Shown piece by piece: positions 1-12,900 of a stretch of 57,799 nt of DNA. The stretch's first letter is position 1; each line of letters begins with the position of its first letter. The notes beneath the pieces were generated by a model that worked only from the letters and a program-made list of their open reading frames with translations, was not told the origin of the DNA and ran no database searches. The DNA is taken from positions 62,001 to 119,799 of IMG/VR virus record IMGVR_UViG_3300033571_026375; one strand, written 5' to 3'. Source of the DNA: an uncultured virus (IMG/VR IMGVR_UViG_3300033571_026375) (lineage: Duplodnaviria > Heunggongvirae > Uroviricota > Caudoviricetes). The translations under genes and the position numbers were made by a program.

Positions 1-921
1 TATGCCAGTAGCTCTAACATCAGATCCCATACCTACGCCTGATGAACCGCCTATATTTGCATTATTAAATAAACCAATAATTTTATTTGTATTTATAGAT
101 AATGTATTATTATTGCCTAATAATATATTCTCTGACCCAGAAACTGTTGAATTATTTGCTACTACAACATTGGTATATCCACTTACAAATGTATTATTGC
201 CTAGCAACAAGATATTAATCCCAGATAACCCGGCAGTATTAGATACGCAAATAGCATTAGATGCGTTGATATCAATATTATTTCCTAATAATAAACCAGA
301 ATAAACAGTACCAGCGTTATTAGAACCTAGATCTATATATAGTAAACCAGATAGAGTATTATTTGACCCCAGAACATTATATGAGTATCCATTAATAATA
401 TTTAATCCACCAAGAACAGTATTGGCAGTATTAGCTCTAAAAACTGTACTCAAAGTACCAGTATGATCAACATTAAAGATAATTTCGCCGCTAGTAGCTG
501 ATGTAGTCGGATTTAAAACTTTTGATCGTATCTGAGCATAATTTATAGTTTGACTATTAGTATCATGACCAGCTAAATCTATAGTAGAAGGATAGCTGCC
601 GGATTCTGGAGAAATACCGGGATTGTGCAAGAGCAGCAGTCTTACACCAGTAGGACAGTTTGTGGTTCCTTCTATTTTGAGGCCGTCATATGCACAAGGA
701 GCTATAACGTGCAAAGCAGCATCGGGATTTTTATCTCCCAACCCTAAGCGACCGGTCGAAGCATCATAATATAAAAAGCTGTTTGTGCCAGATACGGCGA
801 AATCTATATTTTGTCCGTTTCTGTTAAAAACAGTATTAACACCGGAAGTATCTGATATAATATTATCATATCCTGTACCAGAGCCTAGATATAATATTCC
901 GGAAATTATATTGTCTGACAT
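1..921 (-). CDS. Tail fibre/spike-like virion protein, truncated by the window edge (not in the ORF track)
   Basis: Read manually. ATG at 921 lies 12 nt after the TMP stop and the frame stays open to position 1 (MSDNIISGILYLGSGTGYDNIISD...). It contains GRLGLGDKNPDAALHV, a fibre-type 'GxxGIGxxxPxxxLHV' motif, followed by Asn/Gly-rich ..LGNN.. beta-roll-like repeats. Confidence 0.8.
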   Translation of the reverse strand, partial: MSDNIISGILYLGSGTGYDNIISDTSGVNTVFNRNGQNIDFAVSGTNSFLYYDASTGRLGLGDKNPDAALHVIAPCAYDGLKIEGTTNCPTGVRLLLLHNPGISPESGSYPSTIDLAGHDTNSQTINYAQIRSKVLNPTTSATSGEIIFNVDHTGTLSTVFRANTANTVLGGLNIINGYSYNVLGSNNTLSGLLYIDLGSNNAGTVYSGLLLGNNIDINASNAICVSNTAGLSGINILLLGNNTFVSGYTNVVVANNSTVSGSENILLGNNNTLSINTNKIIGLFNNANIGGSSGVGMGSDVRATGI

Positions 922-933
922 TTTTAACTTTCT

Positions 934-3900
934 TTATTGTGGTGGTTCTTCGTTACCTACGCGATTTTGATTAAGTGCTGTATTGACATTTCCTCTTACA
1001 ATATCTCCTAATGGACCTTCCAATAGTTTTTGTAGTGCTTCTGCTCCGTTAACATTAATCTCCAATGGCTTCTGTTGTGTTAGAGTTAAATTAATTTGTG
1101 GTGGAATATTAAGTTTTTGTAATTGGCCAATAAATCTATCAAAGGTGGCGGTAAATTGGGCTAATTTATCAAAATCAGGTCCGCCACTATTAGATACACC
1201 ACTAGTGCCTCCGCCAGATTCATCCGTCATTCCGCCATATTGCCTATACATAATAGGACCGCCCGCTTGCTTATATACTACAGGACCACCATTATTAAAT
1301 CTATTACTATTAATATCTTGTAATAAAGCAAGATTATTCCTGGTAGCATTTCTATTAACTACAAATTCACCAGGAGTGAGCATAGCAGGCACAGTATCAG
1401 TTCCTTTGGGCTGATAAGGAATTAACATGCCATTATTAGCATAAATTAATCCTCCGTACTGTTTACCAACAGGCGGATTCGCTCCTCCTGCTCCTGGTGC
1501 TGGTAAACCTACCGCTGTTGAGCCCGGTAAAGATACTGAGCCCACTTCTTTATTTAATTCTAACCATCCTTCGTATAGCGCTTTTCCTTCTGCCTGGCCA
1601 TGCTTTATTTGAGCATCTAGAATATCATAGTAAGTAAATCCAGGATTTTGTACCGACTCATAATTTCTAGCATTACCTGTTAGAGATTGTATAGCTACAG
1701 AAGATCTTTGAACGACACCTAATAAATACTGAAAGCGTTGTTGAGCCGTTGCTCTTTCTGCATTTATGAGAGCAGCCTTTTGATCGGACGATGCTTTTGC
1801 TATTTTATCTTCAACCATAGTTATAACTTGATCTTTAGTTAGATCTTCGTTAATAGCGTTTGCATCAAGTGCATCAAACAGATTACGAGCTTGCTTTATC
1901 TGATTATCTATTTCAAAAAATAATGGCGCTCTATTTCCAAATTTTTTATATCCGCTTAATATTTGAGTTTGTTCTTGACGTTCTTCGTGTCTTTGTCTCG
2001 CTTCAGCCCATTGCTTATGATCTGGGTTGTGACCCCCGTTCGCATAATAACTCGGTGTGATAATACCACCATCAGCTTTATAATTTCCATCATTAATAGC
2101 ACTCAATAGAGGTAAATGTTTTTTTGTTGCTCTAGCATTAACTACAAATTCTCCAGGAGTCAACATTGCTGGTACGGTATCTGTGCCTCTTGGTTGATAA
2201 TTTATAAGAGTTCCATTACTAGCATATACCATACCTCCGTTGTACAAACCAGCGGCTCCCGCCGCAGGAGCAGCGGCGGCACCGGCCGCAGCGGGACCAG
2301 GAACAGCACCAGCAGGTGCAGCGGCGCCTCCGAGCATACCCGCAAGAGCATCTTTGGCCGCCCCAATGGTGTCGGTTACTGATTGTTTCGCCGAGTCTAT
2401 GCTCTGACTAATCATTACAATTATTTTTGATTGTATGCTATTAACTTCCTCGTCTACCCAAGCTGGTTTTTCAACTGAAGCTTTGGCTATCGCGGCCTCG
2501 GCTTTCATTCCAGTATATTCTATGGCGCCCATAATGAGTTTTGTACTAATACCCATATTAGTTCTATTTTGTAGTTGTAGCGTTAAAATATTTTCTGCAT
2601 TTTTTTGGTTTTTATTTTGACTATCTTTACAACAATCTAAAATTTTACCTGTTGATTCATCTAATTTTTTAGGAACAGGATTATTAATTAATAATGATTT
2701 GATATCCTTGCCAAGAATCTCTACATTTTTTACATCTTTACCAACATTACTGAGTTTTGCAGCATTCTTGTCTGATACAAACAAAGGAGGAGCCGCGGGA
2801 GCAGATTGTCCTCCGGCTGATAAATATGAAACAGTTCCGCCTTTGCTACGGTTGAGAGTTTTTAATAAAGGCAAGTGTTTTTGTGTGGCGGCTCTATTAA
2901 CCACAAATTCACCCGGCGTTAACATAGCCGGAACAGTATCAGTACCCCTAGGTTGATAAGGAATAAGCATGCCATTTTGAGCATATACCACACCACCCCT
3001 AGACAATCCTTGTGCTTCTTTTTCTTGTTTTAAGACACTATCATATTTACCAAATCCTTTTTTCCATCTATCTTTCTTTTGATAAGCTATACTATTAAAA
3101 TAATTATATTCTCCTAGTTTACGTCTCCAGAATGCATAAGCTGTTTTATATTGAGTAAGAGGGCTTGTTCTACCCCACATAACTGTTTTTCCGCGAACAC
3201 TCATTGGTCGATTTGCTATTTCCATTTGTTTAGCAACGTCTGTACTACTTGCAGACTCTACAAATTCATCTGCGGCTCCCTGTTTTTTTTCTGGAGGCAC
3301 GGGTCGAACACCAAATGGTATTGCTGGTGCGGCCCCCGCAGATTGACGTATACCCGCATTACCTTCTTTATTATTTTGGTCAGTACCGAACTGGCCGGAT
3401 GGTAAGAATCCTCCTTGTTTTTTTATTCTAGCTTTATCTTCTTCTGATAAATTTCTAGTATCTTGAGGAGCACCGCCTGGCTTATAATTAAACCCGCCCT
3501 TTCCATCATATGTTGTAGAACTAGGGACAAATGGAGCGGTAGTAGTGTGGGTTTGAGACGAAACAGTTCTGCCTCCAACAGGACTTTTAGCGCGCATAGC
3601 GCCGCCGGTTTCATCTCCTTCTAAACCAATACCTTTATTTAAGCCACTAGTATCTCTTTGATCATATGCTGTGGTTCTTCTATTACTACCTCTAATTCTC
3701 TTGCCTGTAGCATCTGTCTGATAGCCATAAACAGCGGCCGTAGTAAATAACTTTTTGATCGGCTCTGGTGGAGCATGACCGGCCACTAGTTGTCTACTTA
3801 CATATTCTTTATATGTTAATTCATCATAATAATTAGGAGTTTCTATCTTTTTAACAGTTTTACCAGCAGGATCGACAACAGTGGGCTCCAGAGGGGGAAC

Positions 3901-6900
3901 AGTTGGTGTGTTACCTCCACCGCTACCGCCGCCGCCACCACCACCAGAACCTCCAGTACCAGGAGCTGGTGGAATTGTTGGAGCACCTCCTGGGGGTTTT
4001 TGATTTTGTTTATTTGCATTAAGCATCATCCAAGCCTGCCATGCAGCCAGTAATGCGGCACCACCCGCTGCTAATCTTGCCCATTTGGACTTAGTGACAG
4101 CAGCCCATTTATCTTTGACATATCCTCTCCATGTTCTTCCTTTAATACTAATATCATCATCATATGCTTTTACTAAATCATCATAATCTTTACTACCTTT
4201 TTTAATTTTTAATTTATCAGCGGCCTCGTCTATACCCTGTTGTCTAGCTTTTGTACGAGCATTTTCAAAAGCCCCGGCCATATTGGGATCAGAATCTACA
4301 ATACCTCTAGCATTAGGACCAAATATAATATTTCCATCATCATCTATCATATATCCATTTTTCTTCAGATCATCTGCAAATTGTCCAAATCTATCGGGAT
4401 ACTGTGTTGCTATGGTATTCCAAGCATCAGCATCGTTCATCTTTGTCGCACCAGCATCAAGTTTCAATTGTTCTATTTGAGCATTAACTTGTTGTTTAGC
4501 AGCTGAGCCTGGTCCGGTCTCAAAATAATCTTTCATCTGTTGGTCTGAAAATTCATTTATAGACTTATTATATTTGGCTCTAGCTTCGGCTACGGCATTA
4601 TTCCAGGCTTCTGCTACTTTTGGACTCTTAAATTTAATGGGTTTTTCTGGTGTTGCCGGTTGCTCGGTTTTCGTTTTTGCTTTAGCTTCAGTATCAGTTT
4701 TAACATCATCAGCTGTTTTTGGTTTAGCTTTTGCATCATCGGACATGTCTTTGAGAGCTGCTTTACTTTTATCTGCTATGTCCTTAGCTTCTGCTGAACG
4801 ACTAACAGCAGTATTTTTTATCTTGACAGGCTGACCGTCTGCAGCTTCTTGAAAAAATCTATATTTAAATAATCCCTTTGTGTTTACAGCGCCGGCGCCA
4901 ATACCCAAAGCCATATCAGCAATGTCTACAATATTTTCCATAGAAGCAGCAGCTTCCTGATACGAATTTTGACTTCTTAATAACTGTTGACGAGCAAATT
5001 CTTTAGGATCGGTATTTTTTAGATTTTGATAATTCTTTTCTTCAACAGCATCAGCCAAATACATTGCTCCAAGCGAACCTCCGATAGTTAATACCGCTGC
5101 TCCTCCAGCAGCTGCTATTCCAGCGGGCAATAAAAATGGTGAAGCAGCGCCTATTGCTGCTGTCATGACTAAATTTCTCGCTCCTTTACGCAAACCTTCT
5201 CTATTGCCTTCATCTATAATATCTTCTCTCAAACCTAATTGTTCATTATCTCTAATACTTGTAGACATACCTTGTTCATTGGCGACAAGTTCCTCCAAAG
5301 ACCCCACTCCTGTACCGCCGATAGCTCTTAAAGAAATAAGACCTTCTAAAGTATTTAGTCTTTCCATATACTGTAATCTTTTCTGTCCCCATTCTTTTTG
5401 TTTGGCTCTTAGCGTATTAATTTCAGATGGATCTATCCCTCCGGCTCCACCGCTACCCCAAGCTTCAACCCCTTGTTTTTCCTTTGTTTGATTTTGTGCT
5501 AATTTAGCTTCTGCATCTCTTAGATCTTGGGCTTGTCGGGCAGAATCTAGTCTATACCTGAGAACATTCGCCCATGTATCAAGTTGAGGAGAGAGAGTAC
5601 GAATATGCGGTTCTATTTCGGCTCTTTCGTCTTGTTTACGAGTAGTATCAGAAAATACACCGCCACTACCAGATAAAAAGCCTTTGGGCATCCAGGCATC
5701 GGATGAGCTGATATATGGATTAGCAGCCGATTGAACATCTGGATTTCTAGATAACCATGTTAATAAATCTAGTACATTAACAGTATTATCTTTGGTCATA
5801 TCTGTTAATTTAAAACGCTCTTCTAATAGTTTTTTATCTTTACGTGCCCCACGAGATGCATCAAAAATGCTTAAGTTTCCCATAAAATATTCAACACCAA
5901 AAACATTAGATCTTGCTAATGCCATTTTTTTCTTATCAAACAAATCTTTTTGTATACGAAATGTCTTATTTTGTGCTTCATAATTAGCTTTTTTAGCTTT
6001 ATCAATAATATCTTGTGATATTCCTTGTCTAATTAAAGTACCCGCAATTTGTCTATCATACATATCACCTGCCGGTAAGTCTACGCCGGTTTCCGATCTT
6101 TCTCGTAGATCATCTTCTGCTATTTTAAGCTGTTCTGGAGTAACACCAAGATTTAAAAGATGGTCCTTGAAAACCGTTCGTCTAGTATAATCTCTCACCG
6201 TCATGTCCAAAGTATCTTCTCTAGATGCATTACCGGCTAATAATTGGTCATTTCTAATCCCTGTAATCAATGCTTGTTGAATAACTTTTGGCGATATGTT
6301 TCCAACACCATTGCCGGTAACGTCTACAACAGGGTCGGCACTTCCGCCGCTTAAATAAACCACCCCTCCTTGACTATATCCTGTAGATCCACCACTATTC
6401 AAGGATCGTAGTAGTGGTAGATTTTTTTGTGTTGCTCGTCTATTAACAACAAATTCTCCTGGGGTTAACATCGCGGGAACTGTATCAGTGCCCTGGGGTT
6501 TAAAGTTGACTAAGTTTCCACCCGTTTGAGCATAGATAACTCCGCCAGCCGCCTTCTTTTGTGGCAATACAGCGCCACGAGACATAAACCATTGATCTGT
6601 TGGTAAAGCTCCAAAAGCATTAGACAAACCAAATAGAGTATGGGCTTCCATAGCGTCTTTATAGAATTGAGACCCATCTGTTTTTAAAGATTGAGCAAAA
6701 TTAGCCATACGAAGAGCATTATCTGGTTCGTTTTTCTCATCAAAGAAATAGTCTTGTCCTACCCAATTTCCTTTTCCTCCATACCAATCCATCAAACGAT
6801 AAAGTCCCGTTCTAATAAAAGATAAGGTTTGAGGATCAAAATACGGCATGCGATTTGGTCCTCTCAGATTGAATATATCATCACCAAATTTTTGAATAAG

Positions 6901-9900
6901 ACCTTTTCGTATATCTTTACCAGCAAATTCATTATATGGATTAAAAATTACTTTGACTAAATCAGAAACAGTGGCGTTTTCTGGTATCGCACTAACTAAC
7001 GTGGCGTCTGATAATGAACCATCTCGTCCAACAGTTTTCAATTTGGATCCCTGAAGCTGATTACCTAATATATTTTGCCAATCCGGACTCAATTTCATAC
7101 CCGATATTTTACCAAATCTAGACGCAGCTCCTAAACTACGAAATACTGCGGCGATAGGCACCTTATTCTCATAAAACTGCTTTAACAGACTAGTATCCCC
7201 ACCAGCTAAGGAACCAAAAGCATTAGCTGCTCCACTAATCATAGTCATAGCATTATCTAGAGCATTATAAGCTGATACATTAGGAGCCCTATTTTGTAAT
7301 TGCGAGACATAAGCTCCTGCTTGATTTAATACTCCTGCCATATGCTGCGCTGCTGCTACGGGGTTACCTGATATAGCAGCTCTGAGAGCTTGAGGACCAC
7401 CAGATTTAGAAAGCCATCCATAAGGAGCACCCGGTAATTTTAGGCCCCCAAATAATGCCATCGATCCACGAATCAGTGCGGCAGTTGCTTGAGGAAGTTC
7501 AGCATCAGAAAATACAGCGCCTTTCGGCATAATTGGATCTACTTTATTTGCTCCAGAAGCTAGCTGGCCTCTAAACTCTTGGAATTTTTTGAGTAAAAAT
7601 TCTCCTACATTAACTGTGGTGGGCTCATCGCTCATAGCAGAGAACACATCTACCCCGCCGTCTCCAGCTAAGCCTACATTTTTAATTAAAGAATTTTGAG
7701 GATGATCGAATACTAAATTAAGATTTGCTGCTACTTTTTTAGCCTGTGCATCTACATTAGGATCATTATTAGTTTGAAACTTGAATAAGTCTATTATATC
7801 AGTAAAAATCGGATTAGTAGGATCATCTAGTTTCGATGCTTTTAAAATATCTGGTACTGTATATTTTTTAGTTGTAAATAATCTTTTTCGTGATTCGTCC
7901 AAATTTTGAAAAAGAGTTTCTGAAATATTATTAGGCAACAAAGTGGTAAAAGGCTTACCATCAAAATTCTTAGTTGATGGATCAAATAGTTCTCCGGTAT
8001 ATTCTTCATAAGCTATTGGTATAGATAATTGAGGTTGTTTACCCTGTATATTCACTGGTAAATTGACCTTTAATTCGTCAACCGGTAGTAATCTGCTATG
8101 TACTTTGCCTTTAGTAGCAGCAGCTTGTTGAGCAGCGACATCCTCAAAATCTTTACCTAGAATCTCACGCATATTTCCATTTATCATGAACGGAAAAGAC
8201 TTGGATATTTTTGTTGCTGTATTTTCTATATCAAAAGGCTTAGAGGCTAAGAAATCTGGATTTTTGATGGCGGGTTTGGCACCAGTCAATCCTATTTTTA
8301 CTTTATTATATTTAGCAGCATTAGTATCTATAAACTGAAGGCCATCTTTAAATTGTTGCTCTAAAGATTGTTGTGCAATAATTGCGCTAGTAGCATTCAA
8401 TTTGACTAGCTCATCTAAGGGGGCTATTTCATTTTGATCAAGAGTTATAAATTGTGCTAGACCATTATATAAACTAGATAATTTTTGTTGTAAAGCTGCA
8501 CCAAGGCCGCCGGTATCCTTATATGTGGAAGCTCCACTTAAAAAATCTACTGTATTTTTATATAGCTCATAGTTCTCTGAACTAATAGTATTAGCGTCTT
8601 TTATTCCTTTGCCGGTAATAACACCATTCATTTTTTCTAAGTCAGGATACATAGCGGATTTATACTTACCAGATCCGAAAACGACCCAGCTTTTGCTATC
8701 GAATCCATCATTTGAGGAATATGGAGTGCCAATATCGAAATTTGGCTGCTTTACAGAAACTCCCATCGCTAGTCCTGGAGCCCAGCCCGCATAATTCAAT
8801 GGGGATCTTTTATAGTACCAAATTTTAAAAGAAGGCGCAGCAGACACATCTTTATCAGTTGGTCTAATCTCTGTAGAAGTATCAAACGCTATACCGTATG
8901 ATTTACCAGCTAGTGTAGGATTCCATTCATTAGCATTAGAAGTAAAATCACTTAATTTTGGAAGATCATCAGCAAAAGCAATAGGATCCATACTTATAGA
9001 TTTATGAAGAGTAGAGTCTAATGCTTCAAATGATCGAAATCGATCTTTGTATTCTGTAGCCTTGGACTGAGCAAAATTTGTTGATTTGAACTTGTCTAAA
9101 CCCAAATATAAATTTGTCTCAGCAGCCTTGATAATAGGCATATCGCTACTAGCGTCGATAGCACCTTGGTTGTCTATATATGCATACTGATCATCTCCAA
9201 CCCTGGAAATACCAACTGCTGAGCCAACTCTAACTTTACCACTTGTTGGTTTAATTTGATCTAAGTTAAAGTTAGGACTATCGGGGTCTGCTCCCGGTGA
9301 TGGGATCGTAGTATTATCATCAGAAAAATCTAAAGTATAATAACTAGGTAATAATCTAATATTCTGCTTGTATCCAGCACTCCAAATGGCTCTATTAGCT
9401 TCTACACTAGGATCAATAATCTCTTTATCACTCATCATGCCAAATTCATCCATACTAGTTTGACTGCCCCAATTGGTAACAAAACCACCAGCAGCATAAT
9501 AAGATACTTTACCTCCTCTGGAATATCCATTATTAATAGATTTTAATAACGGAAGATTCGCTTGAGTAGCGGCTCTATTGACAACAAACTCTCCCGGTGT
9601 TAGCATTGCAGGAACAGTATCTGTACCTTTTGGTTGAAAATTGATAAATTGACCACCAGCAGCATAAACCATGCCTCCGCTAGCTAAACCTCCAGCGCCA
9701 GGAGCTTTCTGCATAATAGAAACCATTGTATTGACTTTGTCTGCTATATCTCTAAGCTCATTATTCTGGAAAGTTAATACTGTTTTAGTTAAGCCGTCTA
9801 CTATTAGTTTACTATTTTGTACTGCTATATCATTGGCTAGTTGTTGATCTAATTGTCCTAATAATCTAGTAGCTGTTGACTGTTCCGCTATTGACTGATT

Positions 9901-12900
9901 ATAATATTGTATAGCAGCAGCTGTGGCGGGATCTTGTTCGGGATTTCGTAGAGTATTGAGTATCTGTTGGAATAGCGGAGAAACTCCCATGCCGGACTCG
10001 GCTAACATTGTCTCTAGAACATTTGCTTTAATATTATTTGCTTGTTGATTGTCTCCTAAAAATGGCATAATATCTTGAAGAGTACCTAGGGTTTCCTTTC
10101 TTTCGTTGGCAAAAGCTGTTTGAGCAGCTCTCATAGCTTCAGCAGCAGAAGCTCCCTGATTTAATGCATCCCTATATGCCTTTTGAGCACCTATGCTATT
10201 CTGAATAGTATTTTGTTGACCATTCATATTTCTTTGCAGTCTATACAAAGATTGATTTAACGAATCTAATTCATCAGGAGTACTGGTAACTACTTTTTCT
10301 AAGAAGCCAATTCTACCAGCTGCTTTTTGTTGAGCTTCTTGTATAGCATCCATAGCTGAGCTTGCTTTTTCTGTATTAGTAGCCATATCCTCTAAAGCAG
10401 CTCTATTTTCTCTTAAAGCAATATTAGTATTCTTAAGTTCGCTATTAAATTTGATAAAATCTTGAATACCAGCAGGACCTTTATCAGCCGCTTCTCTACT
10501 AGATGATTGTAAAATATCTCTATTATTATTCAGACTTAAGATCTTATTAAAGATATCCGTTGGATCAGTTAGACCACCTGTTTGTCTAGCAATAGAAGCA
10601 TCTCTTTTAGCAAAAGCATCTGCGACAGTGATGGTTCTGCCAAGAGCTTTAGATAAAGCGGTACTACCATCAGCAGCGATATTGACAGATTTATTAAATT
10701 TATCTCTAGCACTGGTTTCCAGGTCAATAATACGATTAATATTATTAGCATAAGCATTCAAAACATTCTGATAATTCTCTAAAGCTTTGATAGCTGCTTG
10801 CTGTGCATCTTTTGCTGTATCTATAACGCTAGACAACGATCCTAGTTTTTCGGAAAGCTTGGCAAAATCAACTTTTTCGTCGCCAGATTTTCTTAAATCT
10901 ACTAATGTATCACCAACTTCTTTAGCTAATTTATCCGCTAGCTCCGGAGGTAATCCTAATCCACTGAGTTCGTCTCGTACGCTTTTATCTACAGCTCTGG
11001 CTATAGCTTCATTAGAGGCATCTGGACCTTTGTCTTCTAATGTTTTATTGATAGTAGACATAACAGTATTTTCTACTGTTTCTCCAAGATTCATAAGCTG
11101 CGCCATTTCTGGTGCTCTTGTACCAAATAACGAAGAGGCAGATGCCTGAGCAGATGATCTTACTCCGGGATTATAGGCTCGTGGATTTTGTATAATATTA
11201 GATGTTTGTAAATCAACTGAACCTACTTTGGCTTGTCCTTGTAGGGCGCTAACATTTAAATCTATATTGTCCGTCATTTGTTTTAATGAATATGCAGCAG
11301 CATTTATAGCCTGTTCCATATTAGTAAACATTCTCTTTAATGATCTTGTATATACAGAAGCTACTGTGCCTAATTCTCTTTGATCTTTTTCTCTCTGGGC
11401 AATTGCGGCCTGCGTACGAATTTTATTAGCTCCTTGTATACTAATAATCTCATCTATACGAGCTTTTTTCTCTTCTTCTGTATATCTAGTAGATAATTCT
11501 ATCTCACGAATATGCTTATTTAAAGCACTATCAGCATAAACTAAGGATGTAGCAAAATCTTTAAATTCCGGTCCGCCAAGAATATCTCCAATATTTTCTC
11601 CTCCTCTAATACGGGCAGAAATTAATTGATTAATATTATCAGCTACTGGCTTAAAGGATTGACTAGATTCTAGAGCTTGCTGTCCACTATATTTTGCTGC
11701 TTTGGCAGCATAAGTATCAGCACCTCCAAAACTAGTGTTGATATATTCCATAATACCTTCTTTTTCCAATACTTGTGATCTTAAAGCAGCCCTCCTATTG
11801 GTATTATTGGTTTCACTATTTTGTAGAGATGATATGAAAACATCTATACCATTGATCCATCCAGCGGAGGCCGTATCTAATGTTTGTGATCTTAGTCTTT
11901 CCGAAGATCTGCTAGCATCTATAATATTTGACTGAATAGCATTTCTAAGATCTAACTGATTCAGATCTTTATTTAACTTATCAAATTGTTCGGTAAGGCC
12001 ACTAAGAGCTTGCTCAACTCTATTTTTTTCTAATTCTATACCAAATTGTCTAATCCCATTATATGCTTGTATAGCTGCTTCTCCTAGCACAGCAAAAATT
12101 TGAACTCTTCCAGCAAATCTAGCAATATTACTGGCTAGGCCAGCAAATCTATTCCCCGTACGACTAAGACCATCTGCAAAATTAGTTAATTCTCCACTAA
12201 TCTGATTTGCATATGCAAAAGCCTGAGTTCCTCCTCTGATACCTCCAGCAACACCAGCTTCCGTGGCGCTAGATTTAGCATTGATAGTATCAGCAATAAT
12301 ATTCCCAACGGTCATAACGGCAAAAGAAGCTAGCATATTATTTTGCCTATTAAATTCTCTAGCTTCATCTGGACCCCTAGCTCCAGTACTTCTAGCATTT
12401 TGTTCTACTGCTGTTGTTCTAGCTCTTATTTCTCTCTGTATAGTCTCTTCTACATCTCTTTCACTACCAGCTCGTATTCTAGCTGCTCTAGCTATATTAC
12501 CGGCAGCCATAGCGGCTTGTGCTACTTCTTCTCTGCGATTTTGAGTATATCGCATATTCATCTGTTCTAGAGTTTCTGCGTCTCTCATCAAATTATTAAT
12601 AACCCTACCCAGATCATCTCCAGTAGCGCCAATAGCAGCTAAATCTAAACCAGTTCCTCCACCAAGGGCACGAAGTGGACCAGTTCCAGAGGCCGCAACA
12701 GTTTCGAAAGCTTGTCTTCGACGATCTCCAGCTCCTGCTCTAACTTCTGTTTCTAGTTCCTCTCCGGTTAGTCCAGCAGCGGCCGCGGCATTCCTAGCGG
12801 CGTCCGTCAATCTTCTTAATTCATCTTCCATGTCGCTTAGAGTATCTTGCAATTCTACTCCACTCATGTTTGCTAAAGATTGCATTACTGCTACTTCTGC

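Noticed and set aside
1354..9627. TMP repeats as a CRISPR array, DGR template/variable pair or inteins
   Set aside because: They are conserved at protein rather than DNA level and spaced irregularly at kb scale. No reverse transcriptase or adenine-specific variation is evident, and there are no intein terminal motifs.
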